A stretch of DNA of 64,000 nt from Hypanus sabinus (lineage: Eukaryota), in NCBI RefSeq assembly GCF_030144855.1, contig NC_082730.1, positions 14,198,001-14,262,000 of the forward strand. The letters are read 5' to 3'. Under the pieces are notes generated by a model, which saw only the letters and a program-made list of their open reading frames with translations, did no database searches and was not told the DNA's origin. Position 1 is the stretch's first letter. The number at the start of each line of letters is the position of its first letter. Positions 28,190-39,600 of this stretch are shown here, piece by piece. The position numbers were made by a program, and so were the translations under genes.

Positions 28190-28530
28190 TACCTTTCACC
28201 AAGGATCGTAACTCTGTCGTGGTGGCCTGGCTTGTGAGTTACTGAGATCCTGGGAATGTTGCTGTCTGAGCTTAACTCCTGGTAGGTCACCCATGGTGGT
28301 ATGGTCAAATGGGAGCCTGCAGACAAAGATCGATCCAACAAAGTCCTCAAAGGTATATCTGGCAGAACATGGTGATACATCAGAATAGTAGTAAAGATGG
28401 AGGAAGCCTGCAGCAGAGAAGGTCCACAGATGGCTTGCACTCCATGCCACAGGACGTTGACCCTGATCTGTCAAGGACTTTCTGCATCTGATTCCCCATG
28501 TTAAACAAAGATATGCACAGGCATTTTGCC
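28190..28530 (+). mobile_element. Probable RTE LINE 5' region abutting the receptor promoter
   Basis: Recognised from memory as a dispersed elasmobranch repeat (ggtcacccatg...caacaaagtcctc...gcactccatgccac); an inverse copy lies near 37100-37650. Confidence 0.4.
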
Positions 28531-28658
28531 ATAAAGAGAGTAAGGAGAGCATCGTACTTGACTGGAGTGATAGCAGTATTTTTATCACAGTCACTACTGA
28601 CTTCTCAGTCAGGCTGTTATTAATAATTTGCTGACAGTAACTAATCTCCACCATTTCC

Positions 28659-28690
28659 ATCCTGCTGCCTCCTTCCTCATTCAACTTCCT
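28659..28690 (+). promoter_or_regulatory. Ets/PU.1-type promoter motif (cctgctgcctccttcctcatt...acttcct)
   Basis: Conserved at 1403-1428 and 6881-6903 on the - strand, about 60-100 nt upstream of each leader ATG. Contains GAGGAA and AGGAAGT cores. Confidence 0.55.
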
Positions 28691-28773
28691 ATTTGTCAGC
28701 GTCAGCTATTTAGATCTTCGAGCTGCGAAATAAGCGATCAACTACTGTTAACAGATTCACTACAGGTTGAACA

Positions 28774-28810
28774 ATGTGGATTCTGGTTCTTTTCACCTGT
28801 TCCCTGCCCG
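28774..28810 (+). CDS. Leader exon MWILVLFTCSLP(G)
   Basis: acaATG context, hydrophobic 12-mer, phase-1 donor G|gtgagt. Joins V1 as ...LPG-ALWA. Homologous to the two - strand leaders. Confidence 0.8.
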
Positions 28811-30609
28811 GTGAGTGACGACCAGTGCTGGACATTGCAGAGAATGGTAAATGCAGGAAATACTCAACAGGTCAGGCTGCACCCATGGGAAAGAAAACAG
28901 TGAAAGTTTTGGACCCAAGACCCTTTGACTCTGTTTCACTTCCCAGAGATTCAGCCTGACATACGAGGTATTTCCAGCATGTTCTGTTTTTGTCTCAAAT
29001 TGCCAACATCTGCTGTTTACTTGTTCATTCAAATGATCTGTGTTAATTTGCATCTGGTGCACCATTTCTGTAGCAGAGATGGTAAAGTATGTGCAGATAT
29101 GTAAAGATAGAAAATACTCCATAAATAGATTCAACAGTACTGTGGTGTGGAACCACAGACACAATGCTGGAAGAATTGTATCGGTCCAGCAGCATCTATA
29201 GAGGCAAAAGGTATTCCAGTTGTATACCCTGTATCGGGGCTGGGGGCGGTGGTGTGGGTTGGCGGGGGGGGGGGGGAGAAACAAAACCCAGCCTGCAGTT
29301 GTGAGTGTGCACGGAGGAGAGAAGGAAGCTGAGGACACATCTTGGTCTCCGGCACCAGTGTTTTGAATAATCTTGGCAGAGAGTGATCCTGCCCAGGGAA
29401 TATTAATTTGGAAAGGTTTGCAGATGTAAGTGCAAAAGCTCCCCTTCCATCCATGAAAGATCATTTTCATGCTGCCTTGTACTCACTAAAATCTGCATAG
29501 GAATTATACATGAAAAGTAAGAGGTCTCCGATAGACAGCTGTTCCTGTTATTGAAATGTCTTGTTCTTCAGTTGTTTGTGGTTTGAGGGCTAATCTTGTA
29601 CTCAGAATCCATTTCCTTCTCATTCTCTTCCTCGAACTGTGAACATTTGATTTACTCATCAGCATCCAGTATTAGAAATAATTTGGAAAACGTTTAGCAC
29701 GCTTGCAGAAGAGACGGGATGGAATAAGAGATCTCTCATCACTGCCTTCCAATGTGGACTGAACACAGGGGTCCAGCAGAACATTGTGACAAGCAGGATA
29801 GTCTGGATAACCTGATTAATTTGGCTATTTGAGTTGACGACCCGGTAAACAAGTGACGCAGAGAAAAAAATGTCTCAAGTTTCTTACGGTCTGATCATTC
29901 TCTTTCCTCACCCTTTCCCTCATCGTCCACAGTCTCTTACAATGAAAGAACATTTATCATATACAATGTCACAGAATAAGTCTGTTTGATTCATATTCAC
30001 CCAGAAACAATGAATGTGTTCACAAGAACAGAATCAACAATCAGACTTTAATTGACTTTAATTGATATATGGACAAGTTGACGAAATTGACCAATTCCGT
30101 GATGTCTTTTGACAGACCAATAAACAGTAACTCTGTGGGAAGGACAACTCCCCACCTGTAAGCTTTTAGGAGAATCCAGCTTGATAATATTTCACTGGTT
30201 TTCTGGTCCGTTCTGATCAGCGCAATCCAGAAACTCCAGGATCAAGTACTGGTCCAGATTTGGTGCTTTCAAATGGGGAGTCCACTGTGAAAGGTTGTGG
30301 GGTTAACCTGTTGGGGCTGTTACATACCCCGTAACTGGGTGTCTAACCAGCAGAGAAAGAAGAATCCATTGGAGTCTGGTGGTACCAAACTAAAGGTGTT
30401 TATTAATAAAAATAAGCAAAACCATATCAATAATGCAAATATACACATAAAACCAATTAGCAATAATAAACCTAAAAGTGTAGGAATAATAATAATAAGC
30501 AATAATAAACAAGCTCTATTGATGTCTAGGAGTAAATAAATTGTCATAGAAAAGTATAAAGCTCAGTTCAGTTCATGAGTGCTGATGTAGTTATGGTTGT
30601 ATTGTAATC

Positions 30610-30683
<74 letters not shown>

Positions 30684-33600
30684 AAGATGTAACAGCTACA
30701 GCAGCCAAACCTTCCTTTCATTTCTTAAACTGTTGTATTGTTGTTATGATGGTCATTCAGTTATGACCCCTCTGGTCTTCAGCCAGACCGTTCTTCTGTG
30801 GTGGACTCGTCACTCTGGCATGAGTGGACACACATACAAGTCCCCACCGGCCCTGCTGTAACACTGTGAGTTTTACTGACTGATCCCCGGTTCAGTCTCC
30901 AAAGCCCCCACCTTTCTGTGGGTTCCAACCCTCAATCAGTGTCCACTGGCGTCTCTGGCGGGTGTCTCTCCAGACCTGTTATTTTATCCCTACTAACGAG
31001 GACTCAGCTATCCATCAATCCTGAATGACTGTGTCCATCAAATAAGGCCACTCCTTCAGTCCACTGAGGAATGTTTATGAGCAAACTATTGTCCTTGCAG
31101 TGAAACATTAAATAATTCAAAAAGGAGTCACAATACAGTTAATCAGCAATTTCTCCCTCTCTCTTATCTGTCGCCGATGCTCTTGCCTGTTTTTCGTCTC
31201 TCTTTCTCGTGGTCAGCATAGCAACAGTAATAGTTTGTGGTTCTCAGGAGGGGGGGTTGGGAATGGTTAACCCTTCATCCCATTGTCCATCAGGTCTATT
31301 CATCACTCATAACACCCCCATCTTTCTGGGAATTTTCACCAGGGGGAAAATTAACTAATAAAGCACTGAATTATGGAGTTTTCACAGATAAACAATCAGC
31401 AATTACATTGTCACTCCCCTTTACATGTTGTATCTTAATATCAAATTCCTGTAACAACAGACTCCAATTTAATAACCACCTAATTTATTAAATGTTAGCA
31501 AAAAAATACGAACGGGGTTGTGTTCTTAGCTTAGGTGTATATTACAAAGCATGAACCAATACATGTGTGATTATAACATAGTACATTACAAAAGTTTGTG
31601 CAAATACTAATCTCTATTTTACTTTTAAACTTAACATTCAAACAGCCAATCTTTCATGGTGTTTTTAGCTTTCACATGCTTTGTCAAAATCCCTCAAAAC
31701 TAGATCCTGTTATTCAAAGTGGCAGTTGGTCAACAGTTGTCCCTTTTCCACTTAACTCTCATGTGGTCAGCTTGCGCACCTGTGCGGAATAGACCTTCAC
31801 AGATTCCTTTCACAGGAGCTATCTTATCACCAATATTTTCCAAACTAAGCCCATTTGCTGAACTTCAACATAATTCGTTAATTTTAAGCAAGTCATTAAT
31901 TTTATCTTCAGTATCTTTCATTCTATTTGTTTCCCTTCACATCACCAGCTTTCATTTCATCATTAACTTTTAACACACCTTCTAACACAAACAACTGAGA
32001 ATTCTAATTTTCCACTGGTACCAAGGTTAACCCTTTCTTCACTGAACCAAGTCCATCTGACCCAAAAGGACTGCATTCTTTTTCAACTAAACCCGATACC
32101 TCAGACTTTTCCCGAGTTTCAATACTAGGTTCAGTACCCTGTGCATCCACACCCTTCACATCCGGAACACACTCAAACGGGACATCTACTTCTTCCATGC
32201 TTTCAATACCAGTCCGCTTTTCAAATTCTAAGTTCCCCTGATCGTCCCAGTTACTCTCTGGGCAACACCCCTTCGGAGTAAACTCAACCCTGCGGGTTAA
32301 AACAACCTCGTCTGCTAACCCAGCAGACTCCCTCAAGGTAGCGGCATCCATTTCATCTTGGACAGCACTTACATCATTATCGGGAACACATTTAAATTCT
32401 TCAACTGCAAATTGCTCTGTCAAGCCAGACAAATCATCCGTGTCCAAACCTGGACCTTTTAACTGCCATATCTGTTTCTTTATAAATTCCGTCCTTGTTA
32501 ATGGTAGATCTACCTCCTCTCCTTTACTCTCCTTAGATCCACTATCCTTTTCCCTCTCATCCAGTAACCCCTTTTCATACAAGGTCGGCAAAAATGTCTC
32601 CACTAAATCAAAACTGGACTCATTTAAACTGGCTCCTTTCTTAGCCGCCTTTCTAGACATGCTGCGAGTTATTGCACATGTGGGGTAAATCTTAGAATCT
32701 ATGTGCGGGTCAGTTTCACTGCTGAACACATGTCACCACCTGCCAGATCGTTAACAAGTAGGACGTCCACGCCGTCCATCGGTAGTTTTGACGTCACCCC
32801 TATTTCGACTGGTCCAGATACCAGGTCACATTTCAAAAATATCCTGTGCAAAGGTACGGCCTCGGTTCCTTTTCTGATACCTCTCAACACAGCCTCCCCA
32901 GTCTGGGTCTCAGAACCTTCCTTAAAATCAATGACTGACCAGCCCCAGTATCTCTCCAGATCCACACTGGAACTGGGGTTTCTCCTTCCTTCACAGACAC
33001 CGTCCCTTCCGAGATAAACTTCTCACGCCCCTCATGTGTTCTATCTACCTTTGCCTTCCTCATCGATCTACTGACTGACTCAATGCAACCAGTAGGGATT
33101 GCTGTTTCCCCTTTTCCCGTCTCCTTCTTCGGAGAAAAAACACTTAGATGTTATATGACCAGCGTTCCCACAATTATAACAGGTAAAGCTAGGAACCTTC
33201 CTGCCAGCTTGCTTTTCCTCCTCCTCACCTTTTCCACTAGCTCCCGGCTTATTCTGTGAGATAGCCAGTGGGCTTTCTCTACTGTCCCTACTGCCTCTCT
33301 GGTAACTCTTGTTTGAGGAGAACTTTGACTTGTGGGTCAAGGTGTACTCGTCTGCTAACTTGGCAGTTGCAGACAGAGTCTCTGTCTCCTGCTCATCCAA
33401 GTACATCTTCATACCCTCAGGGATACAACTTTTGAACTGCTCTATCAGTATTACCTGTAACAGGTTATCATAATCGTCATCAACCCCTTTAGAGGCACAC
33501 CAACGCTCACAATATATTTGCATCTCACAGGCAAATTCTAAATACATGTGGTTCCACAGCTTTCTCAGGTTCCGGAACTTCTACCGGTATGCCTCTGGCA

Positions 33601-36600
33601 CCAACTCGTAACTCCTCAGTACAGCCTTTTTTACTTCCCCATAATCCTTAGGTGCATCCATAGACAATGCCGAATACGCTTGCTGAGCCTTCCCCCTAAG
33701 TATGCTCTGTACCAGAACAGCCCATTTTCTCTCAGGCCAGTTGTGATTCACATCCACTTTCTCAAAATGAAGGAAGAAGTTATCGACATCCATCTCCTCG
33801 AACGGAGGTACCAACTGGAACTCCCGACCAATCTTGAACCCCTCATTTGGGTCTGCCACCCGGTCTCTTCCCTGCTGTGCCTTTATTTCCAGCGCATGCT
33901 GCCTCTCTTTCTTCCTTTCCTCCATCTGCCTTTCAGCTTCTTCCTTCTTCCTTTCAGCCTCCTTTTTCCTCCTTTCAGCATCCACTCATCGCCCTGCAGC
34001 TTCTCACTCTGCTTCCAGCTGCCTTATCTGAAGTTCATGCTTCCTCTTCTCCTTTTCTTCAGCCAGCCTTAATTTTTCCATCTCTAACTGAACATCCCCC
34101 TCGGCTGGTTTCCTCTCAGGGAACAGGTCCAATACATCTGGTGTGAACACACCCTTAGATACATAATGTATAGCTATTTCTCTCTGTATATCCACCTTTC
34201 TCATAGACAATTTCACCTCTGGGAGATCTAATCGTTTCACAACATTCACCAATTCAGCCTTCCTGCCCCCAGAGTCAGGTCTTTTAAAAATTTAACAATG
34301 TCCGTCCCTGATCGTTTCCCATCTCACAACCAGATCAGATAAGGGACTTTTATCCCGAATCACTGGCCCTATTTACTAATCAAATCCCGGTCGAGCCCCC
34401 AATTTGTTACGTACCCCGTAACTGGGTGTCCGTTGGAGAAGAATCCGTTGGAGTGTGGTGGTACCAAACTAAAGGTGTTTATTAATAAAAATAAACAAAA
34501 CCATATCAATAATGCAAATATACATATAGAACCAGTTAGCAGTAATAAACCTAAAAGTGTAGGAATAATAATAATAAGTAATAATAAACAAGCTCTATCG
34601 ATGTCTAGGGGTAAATAAATTGTCATAGAAATGTATAAAGTTCAGTTCAGTTCATGAGTGCTGATGTAGTTATGGTTGTTGTATTTTAATCATTGGAGAG
34701 AGAGAGAGAGTGAGAGAGCGAGCGAGATGTAACAGCTACAGCAGCCAAATCTTCCTTTCATTTCGTAAACTGTTGTATCATTGTTATGATGGTCATTCAG
34801 CTATGACCCCTCTGGTCTTCAGCCAGACTGTTCTTCTCTGGTAGACTCGTCACTCTGGCATGAGTGGACACACATACAAGTCCCCACCGGCCCTGCTGTA
34901 ACACTGTGAGTTTTACTGACTGATCCCCGGTTCAGTCTCCAAAGCCCCCACCTTTCTGTGGGTTCCAACCCTCAATCAGTGTCCACTGGCGTCTCTGGCG
35001 GGTGTCTCTCCAGACCTGTTATTTTATCCCTACTAACGAGGACTCAGCTATCCATCAATCCTGAATGACTGTGTCCATCAAATAAGGCCACTCCTTCAGT
35101 CCACTGAGGAATGTTTATGAGCAAATTATTGTCCTTGCAGCGAAACAGTAAATAATTCAAAAAGGAGTCACAATACAGTTAATCAGCAATTTCCCCCTCT
35201 CTCTTATCTGTTGCCGATGTTCTTGCCTGTTTTTCGTCTCTCTTTCTCATGGTCAACATAGCAACAGTAATAGTTCGTGGTTCTCAGGAGGGGGGGGGGG
35301 TTGGGAATGGTTAACCCATTGTCCATCAGGTCTGTTCATCACTCCTAACAGGTCTAACTCATCTTGCTCACAAGCTTGTTCAGCAACAAGTGATATACTT
35401 GCTTTCCGCATGTGATCTAGATGTTGGTGGCATACACTACCATCCTCAAGCGCTCAGGTAAACTATTGGCACTCTTACACCACAACTTCTTCTTTCATCC
35501 ATGTTCAGCTCTCAGGAGTTGGGTGAACATAAACTGGCACTCCCTCCTCAAAGTTATGATGTTCTGTATTTGAATCATACCACACTTTCCTTCTGTTGTC
35601 TGTGTCTTACTCAGTTTTCCACATCAAGGCACAACAAATCCAATTGGGACTGCAACCTGTGACCTATCAATAGCCCAGATGAAACATCTGGTGGTTTGTA
35701 GAGTTATCAGGTACCTGCAAAAAACTGTTGATGCTGGTGTGTATTCAACTTTTGTATCCCTTGCTTGACAGTCTGAACAGCTCTCTCAGCCATACCGTTT
35801 GATGCTGGGTGACGGGGGGGGGGGGCGAACGTTGCAATCAAATTCCATTGTTCTGTAAAAAATAGTTCGAATTCCTCACTTGTGAACATGGGACCATTGT
35901 CATAGACCACAGTATAGAGGATTATATGTGTACCTAATAGTAGCATAAAATGTTTATCGTTGTGCCTGATCGAAGTCATCACCGCTTTGGCATCATTCCA
36001 TTTAGAATGCGCATCGAAGACTACCAATGGCATCTGACTGTCCAATGGACCTGCGCAGTCTACGTTTGAACATGTCCAAGGTTTGGTAAGACTTGCCTGA
36101 GAAAGTGGAGTAATCAGATGCTGGAGACAAACAATATTCATTTTATATTTAGATATTCCATTCAGCCGTGATGTTGGCATCTAGTTTACTGCTTCAGAGT
36201 TTCAGTAGATGGCGCTGTTTGGCCTCGTGTTTTTGTTTTATTTTCCCTTAAGATGTTTGTGTTAAAGTCTGCAAACTATTGGCATGCTTCAGTCTCTCTC
36301 TCTCTCTCTCCACACTTGTGTGATATCTGAATGCAGTCACACCCCAAACACAGTTGGTCTGATTGGTGTCAGTGGTTGCATAATCAGGATTTATGATATG
36401 TTCTAGCTGCTGATATGACCATCTACCACCTGCTCCCATTGCTTCACATGACTCTGACTGAGGGTTGCTAAGCCGGTGTTACACCTTGCCCAAGGGTGAC
36501 CTTCACAAGGTGTCAGAGGTAAGGAGCATCTTACACTTCCTTTAGTGGAGAGGTATCTCCACCCCAGCACCAGTGTAGTAATAGATAAGCAAACACAAGG

Positions 36601-39600
36601 ATACTGAGGAATGTGAGGATCATGGGGACCTTGTTGAGTATGATCACTGATCATTGAGTGTGACTGAAGATGTAAATAAGTTGATTAGAAAGGCAGACAT
36701 AACAGTTTCCTTTATTTGCAGATTCCAAGGATATAGAGACAGTGCAGTTCTGCCCATGGCTTGAACACTGTGGTCATTTGTGATCACCACATTACCAGAA
36801 AGACAAGAAAGTACTGGGGAGACTGCTGCCTGGGACTGAGTGATTCACTCGTTGGATTGACTGGATGGGCTGGGGTTAATTTATCTGAAACTAAACAGGC
36901 AAAGAGGAGACTTAATTGAGTTGTGAAAAATTATAAAGGGCATCAAAAGTATGAACAGGAATAATTTTGATCACTTAGATGAGGTGTTAAAAATAGGGGT
37001 CTTGGGTTAAAAGTTAACAGTTGTTAGGATTAGAGGGGGATTGAGGAGAACACTTTTCTCCCAGGTAGGAGTAGTAACTCGACTCAAGTGTGTCTGTTGG
37101 TGGGTCCTCAGGTGACTGCAGTATCCACATCATCACAATTCTGACCCCTACACCACTTGCTGTGACCATCTGGCATGGTGTGCTGGATTGCCTTAATGGA
37201 GGACACCTGTGCAGGATTTTGTTTAATGTAGGGAGGTTGATGAATGGGCAGCCACAACTTGGTCCTTGACAGATTTTGGTTTGGGTCCAATAGCATGGAA
37301 TGCAAGATGACTGGGGGACCCTTCACTGCTTCATCCTTCCTCTGCCTTCTCTGCCATTGTGATGTCTAATCTTCCATTAGTTAAGCTGAGGTCTTACTTG
37401 GATTGTTTTGTTGTCTGGATCCCCCCATTGATCCTTCCACCAATGGAGCTACAGTCTGGACAACATCACTCACAGGTCTCTCCACCATGAAAAGGTGATA
37501 ATCCACGGAGAAGTGAGGAAGTGGTGCAGTTCTGGATCTCACTTCCTGAAGGGTTTGTAGAGGCTGGAACTCTCGGCGCAACAAGGGAGGCTGGAAGGTG
37601 TATTTGAGGAGGCTTCACCTGCTAGGCAGAGGACCCAGGGAAGACCAGAACAGTTAGAGCTTTTTCAACCAGTAATGAATGAAGGGCTGAACAGCCTCCT
37701 ATGTTGTAAATTCTATGACCCTGACATGGAAAACAGAAGTGGAATTGGATATTTTATTTTTATTGACAGGAAATTCTGATGACATATGTCAGATTCCTTT
37801 TTTGCGAAGTTACGAAACAAGAATGTGTGAGGATTATTGTGGGGTTTAACATTTTCTGCATATATAGTACTTTCACATTGCCCTCAAATTTCAAGTGAAT
37901 ATAAATAAACTATTTTTCAGATCACATCAACTTTCATACTACAATGAAATCATCATGAAACAGTTGGACAGAATGCATTACTTCTACAATATGAGTAAAT
38001 TTAAGTAAATCCCTTGTACTGAGATTTTATCTGCTGTAGAGAATCACACAGCACTAACTGGATAGATCCACTTCAAATAACATCTAAAGTTCTAACCAGG
38101 TTAACAATGATATTGTGGATTTAAAACCCCAGGGAATCTATAGATGCTGGAAATTCAGAACAACAAACAAAAATGCTGAAGGAATTCAGCCAGTCACACA
38201 GTATCTATGGAAATGAAAAAGCAGTTAAGGTTTCAGGCAGAGACACTTTTACAGAACTGGATTATAATGAAATATTGTGATATATTGTGAAAAACTTCCT
38301 CAACTTCATCACTTCTTCTCTTCCGCGATATTACCTTTTACTTCTTCTCAGTTGCTTATCACCTCCCCCTGGGTTCTCTCCCACCCCCTTTCTCCTATGG
38401 GTCCACTCTCTTCTCCAATCAGATTCTTTCCTCTCCAGTCCTCTGTCTTTACAACCCTCCTGGTTTCACCTATCATCTTCGAGATATCCTTCTTTCCCTC
38501 CCCACCCCACATTTTTTTCTGGTGTCTTTCCTCCTTCCTGCCGTCCTGAAGAAATGTCTTGCCCCAAAACATTGACTGTTAATTCAATTCCATAGATTCT
38601 CTCACCTGCTGAGCTCCTCCAATGTTTTGTGTATGTTGTTTTGGAATTCCAGTATCTGCAGAATTTCCTGTGTTCATGTATTGTGGAAGTGGTAACTTCC
38701 GTTAGCTGAGAAGGTGAGTGAAGGGATGCAGGTTAGAGGTAATGGAGCCCATAAGGGGAGATATATGTGACCTGTTCAAATTTTGTCTGATATAATTCTA
38801 TAAGAATACTTGAGCAAATCACACAGACCATATGCTGTCAAAATGGATTTGACTTCAGTCAAGAACAGAGCTGACATGGATTTTATCACTGTGATAAACT
38901 CCATATCACCACAGTGCATGAATGTGTCATTCCAATCAGCTGTTGTTCCCCCCTTTAATATTGAACTGTTGTAAAGTGAAATCCCATCATAGCTCTTGAA
39001 ATTGCACTGACCAATGGAATGTATTGCAGAAGAGGTGAGTTTTAAATTTTGCTTCAAGGAACTGACACAGACTTCAGAGGGAATGAAGCCATGTTTTGGA
39101 TGCTGAGTTTGCATGAAAATCCCCTTTTTACATCACATCTGTTCCCTGCTTTGTTATTTCCTCAGTGGCAGGTTCTCCAAAACAGATTTGTCTGACTTAA
39201 CACCAAGACAGATCCAGAAGGATGTACAAATCCATGAAGGCAGCAACACCTACAGATGTAATATCAGTGGTAAAACAGGTTTCAGTGTGGACTTCAGACT
39301 GAAAAATGTCAGAAAAGCATCTAGTATAAAACTTTGCTTAATCCACTTTTGGAGGATGTGGGTAGTTCTGGTTGCTGCATAACAGGAAGTATGTGGAGCC
39401 TTTGGAGTTGCTGAAGAAGAGATTCATCTGCTTATATTCTAGGTGATAGATTTATAGGGTGGGCACAGAGTAGAGGGAGATGGAGTAGGAGGGCTTTGGC
39501 TCAGTGGGCTTAGGCGATAAGGAGTCGAAGCGAGGTAAGTTACTTGGGAGGAATAAGAAGTATGTCTGTGTGGCTGGTGTTCTGTACTGGGTGTCAGTTG

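Larger units (their letters stand above)
30318..35350 (-). mobile_element. Two-LTR SCAN/Gmr1-like Gypsy element lacking IN/RT/RNaseH
   Basis: LTRs 30318-31314 and 34405-35350 (TGTTA...TAACA); PBS 34384-34401; PPT gaaagatggggg 31315-31326; gag with SCAN-like region and CYNCGNAGHITSKC knuckle; protease RDTG; possible TSD gggc/ggtc. Confidence 0.92.

Noticed and set aside
28793-29470. 225-aa - strand ORF and overlapping ORFs
   Set aside because: Built from Penelope/SINE fragments and intron sequence antisense to the receptor; no recognisable domain.
33080-33985. SCAN-like ORF as a host ZSCAN or domesticated gene
   Set aside because: It sits between LTRs with PBS and PPT, is frameshifted and has no C2H2 array.
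34381-34401. tRNA-Pro-like sequence as a tRNA gene
   Set aside because: Only the 3' approximately 21 nt including CCA, adjacent to an LTR; this is a PBS.
39113-39170. MKIPFLHHICSLLCYFLSG as an alternative leader near V1
   Set aside because: It would need a weak GC donor, and the homologous - strand copies do not conserve the ATG or frame.
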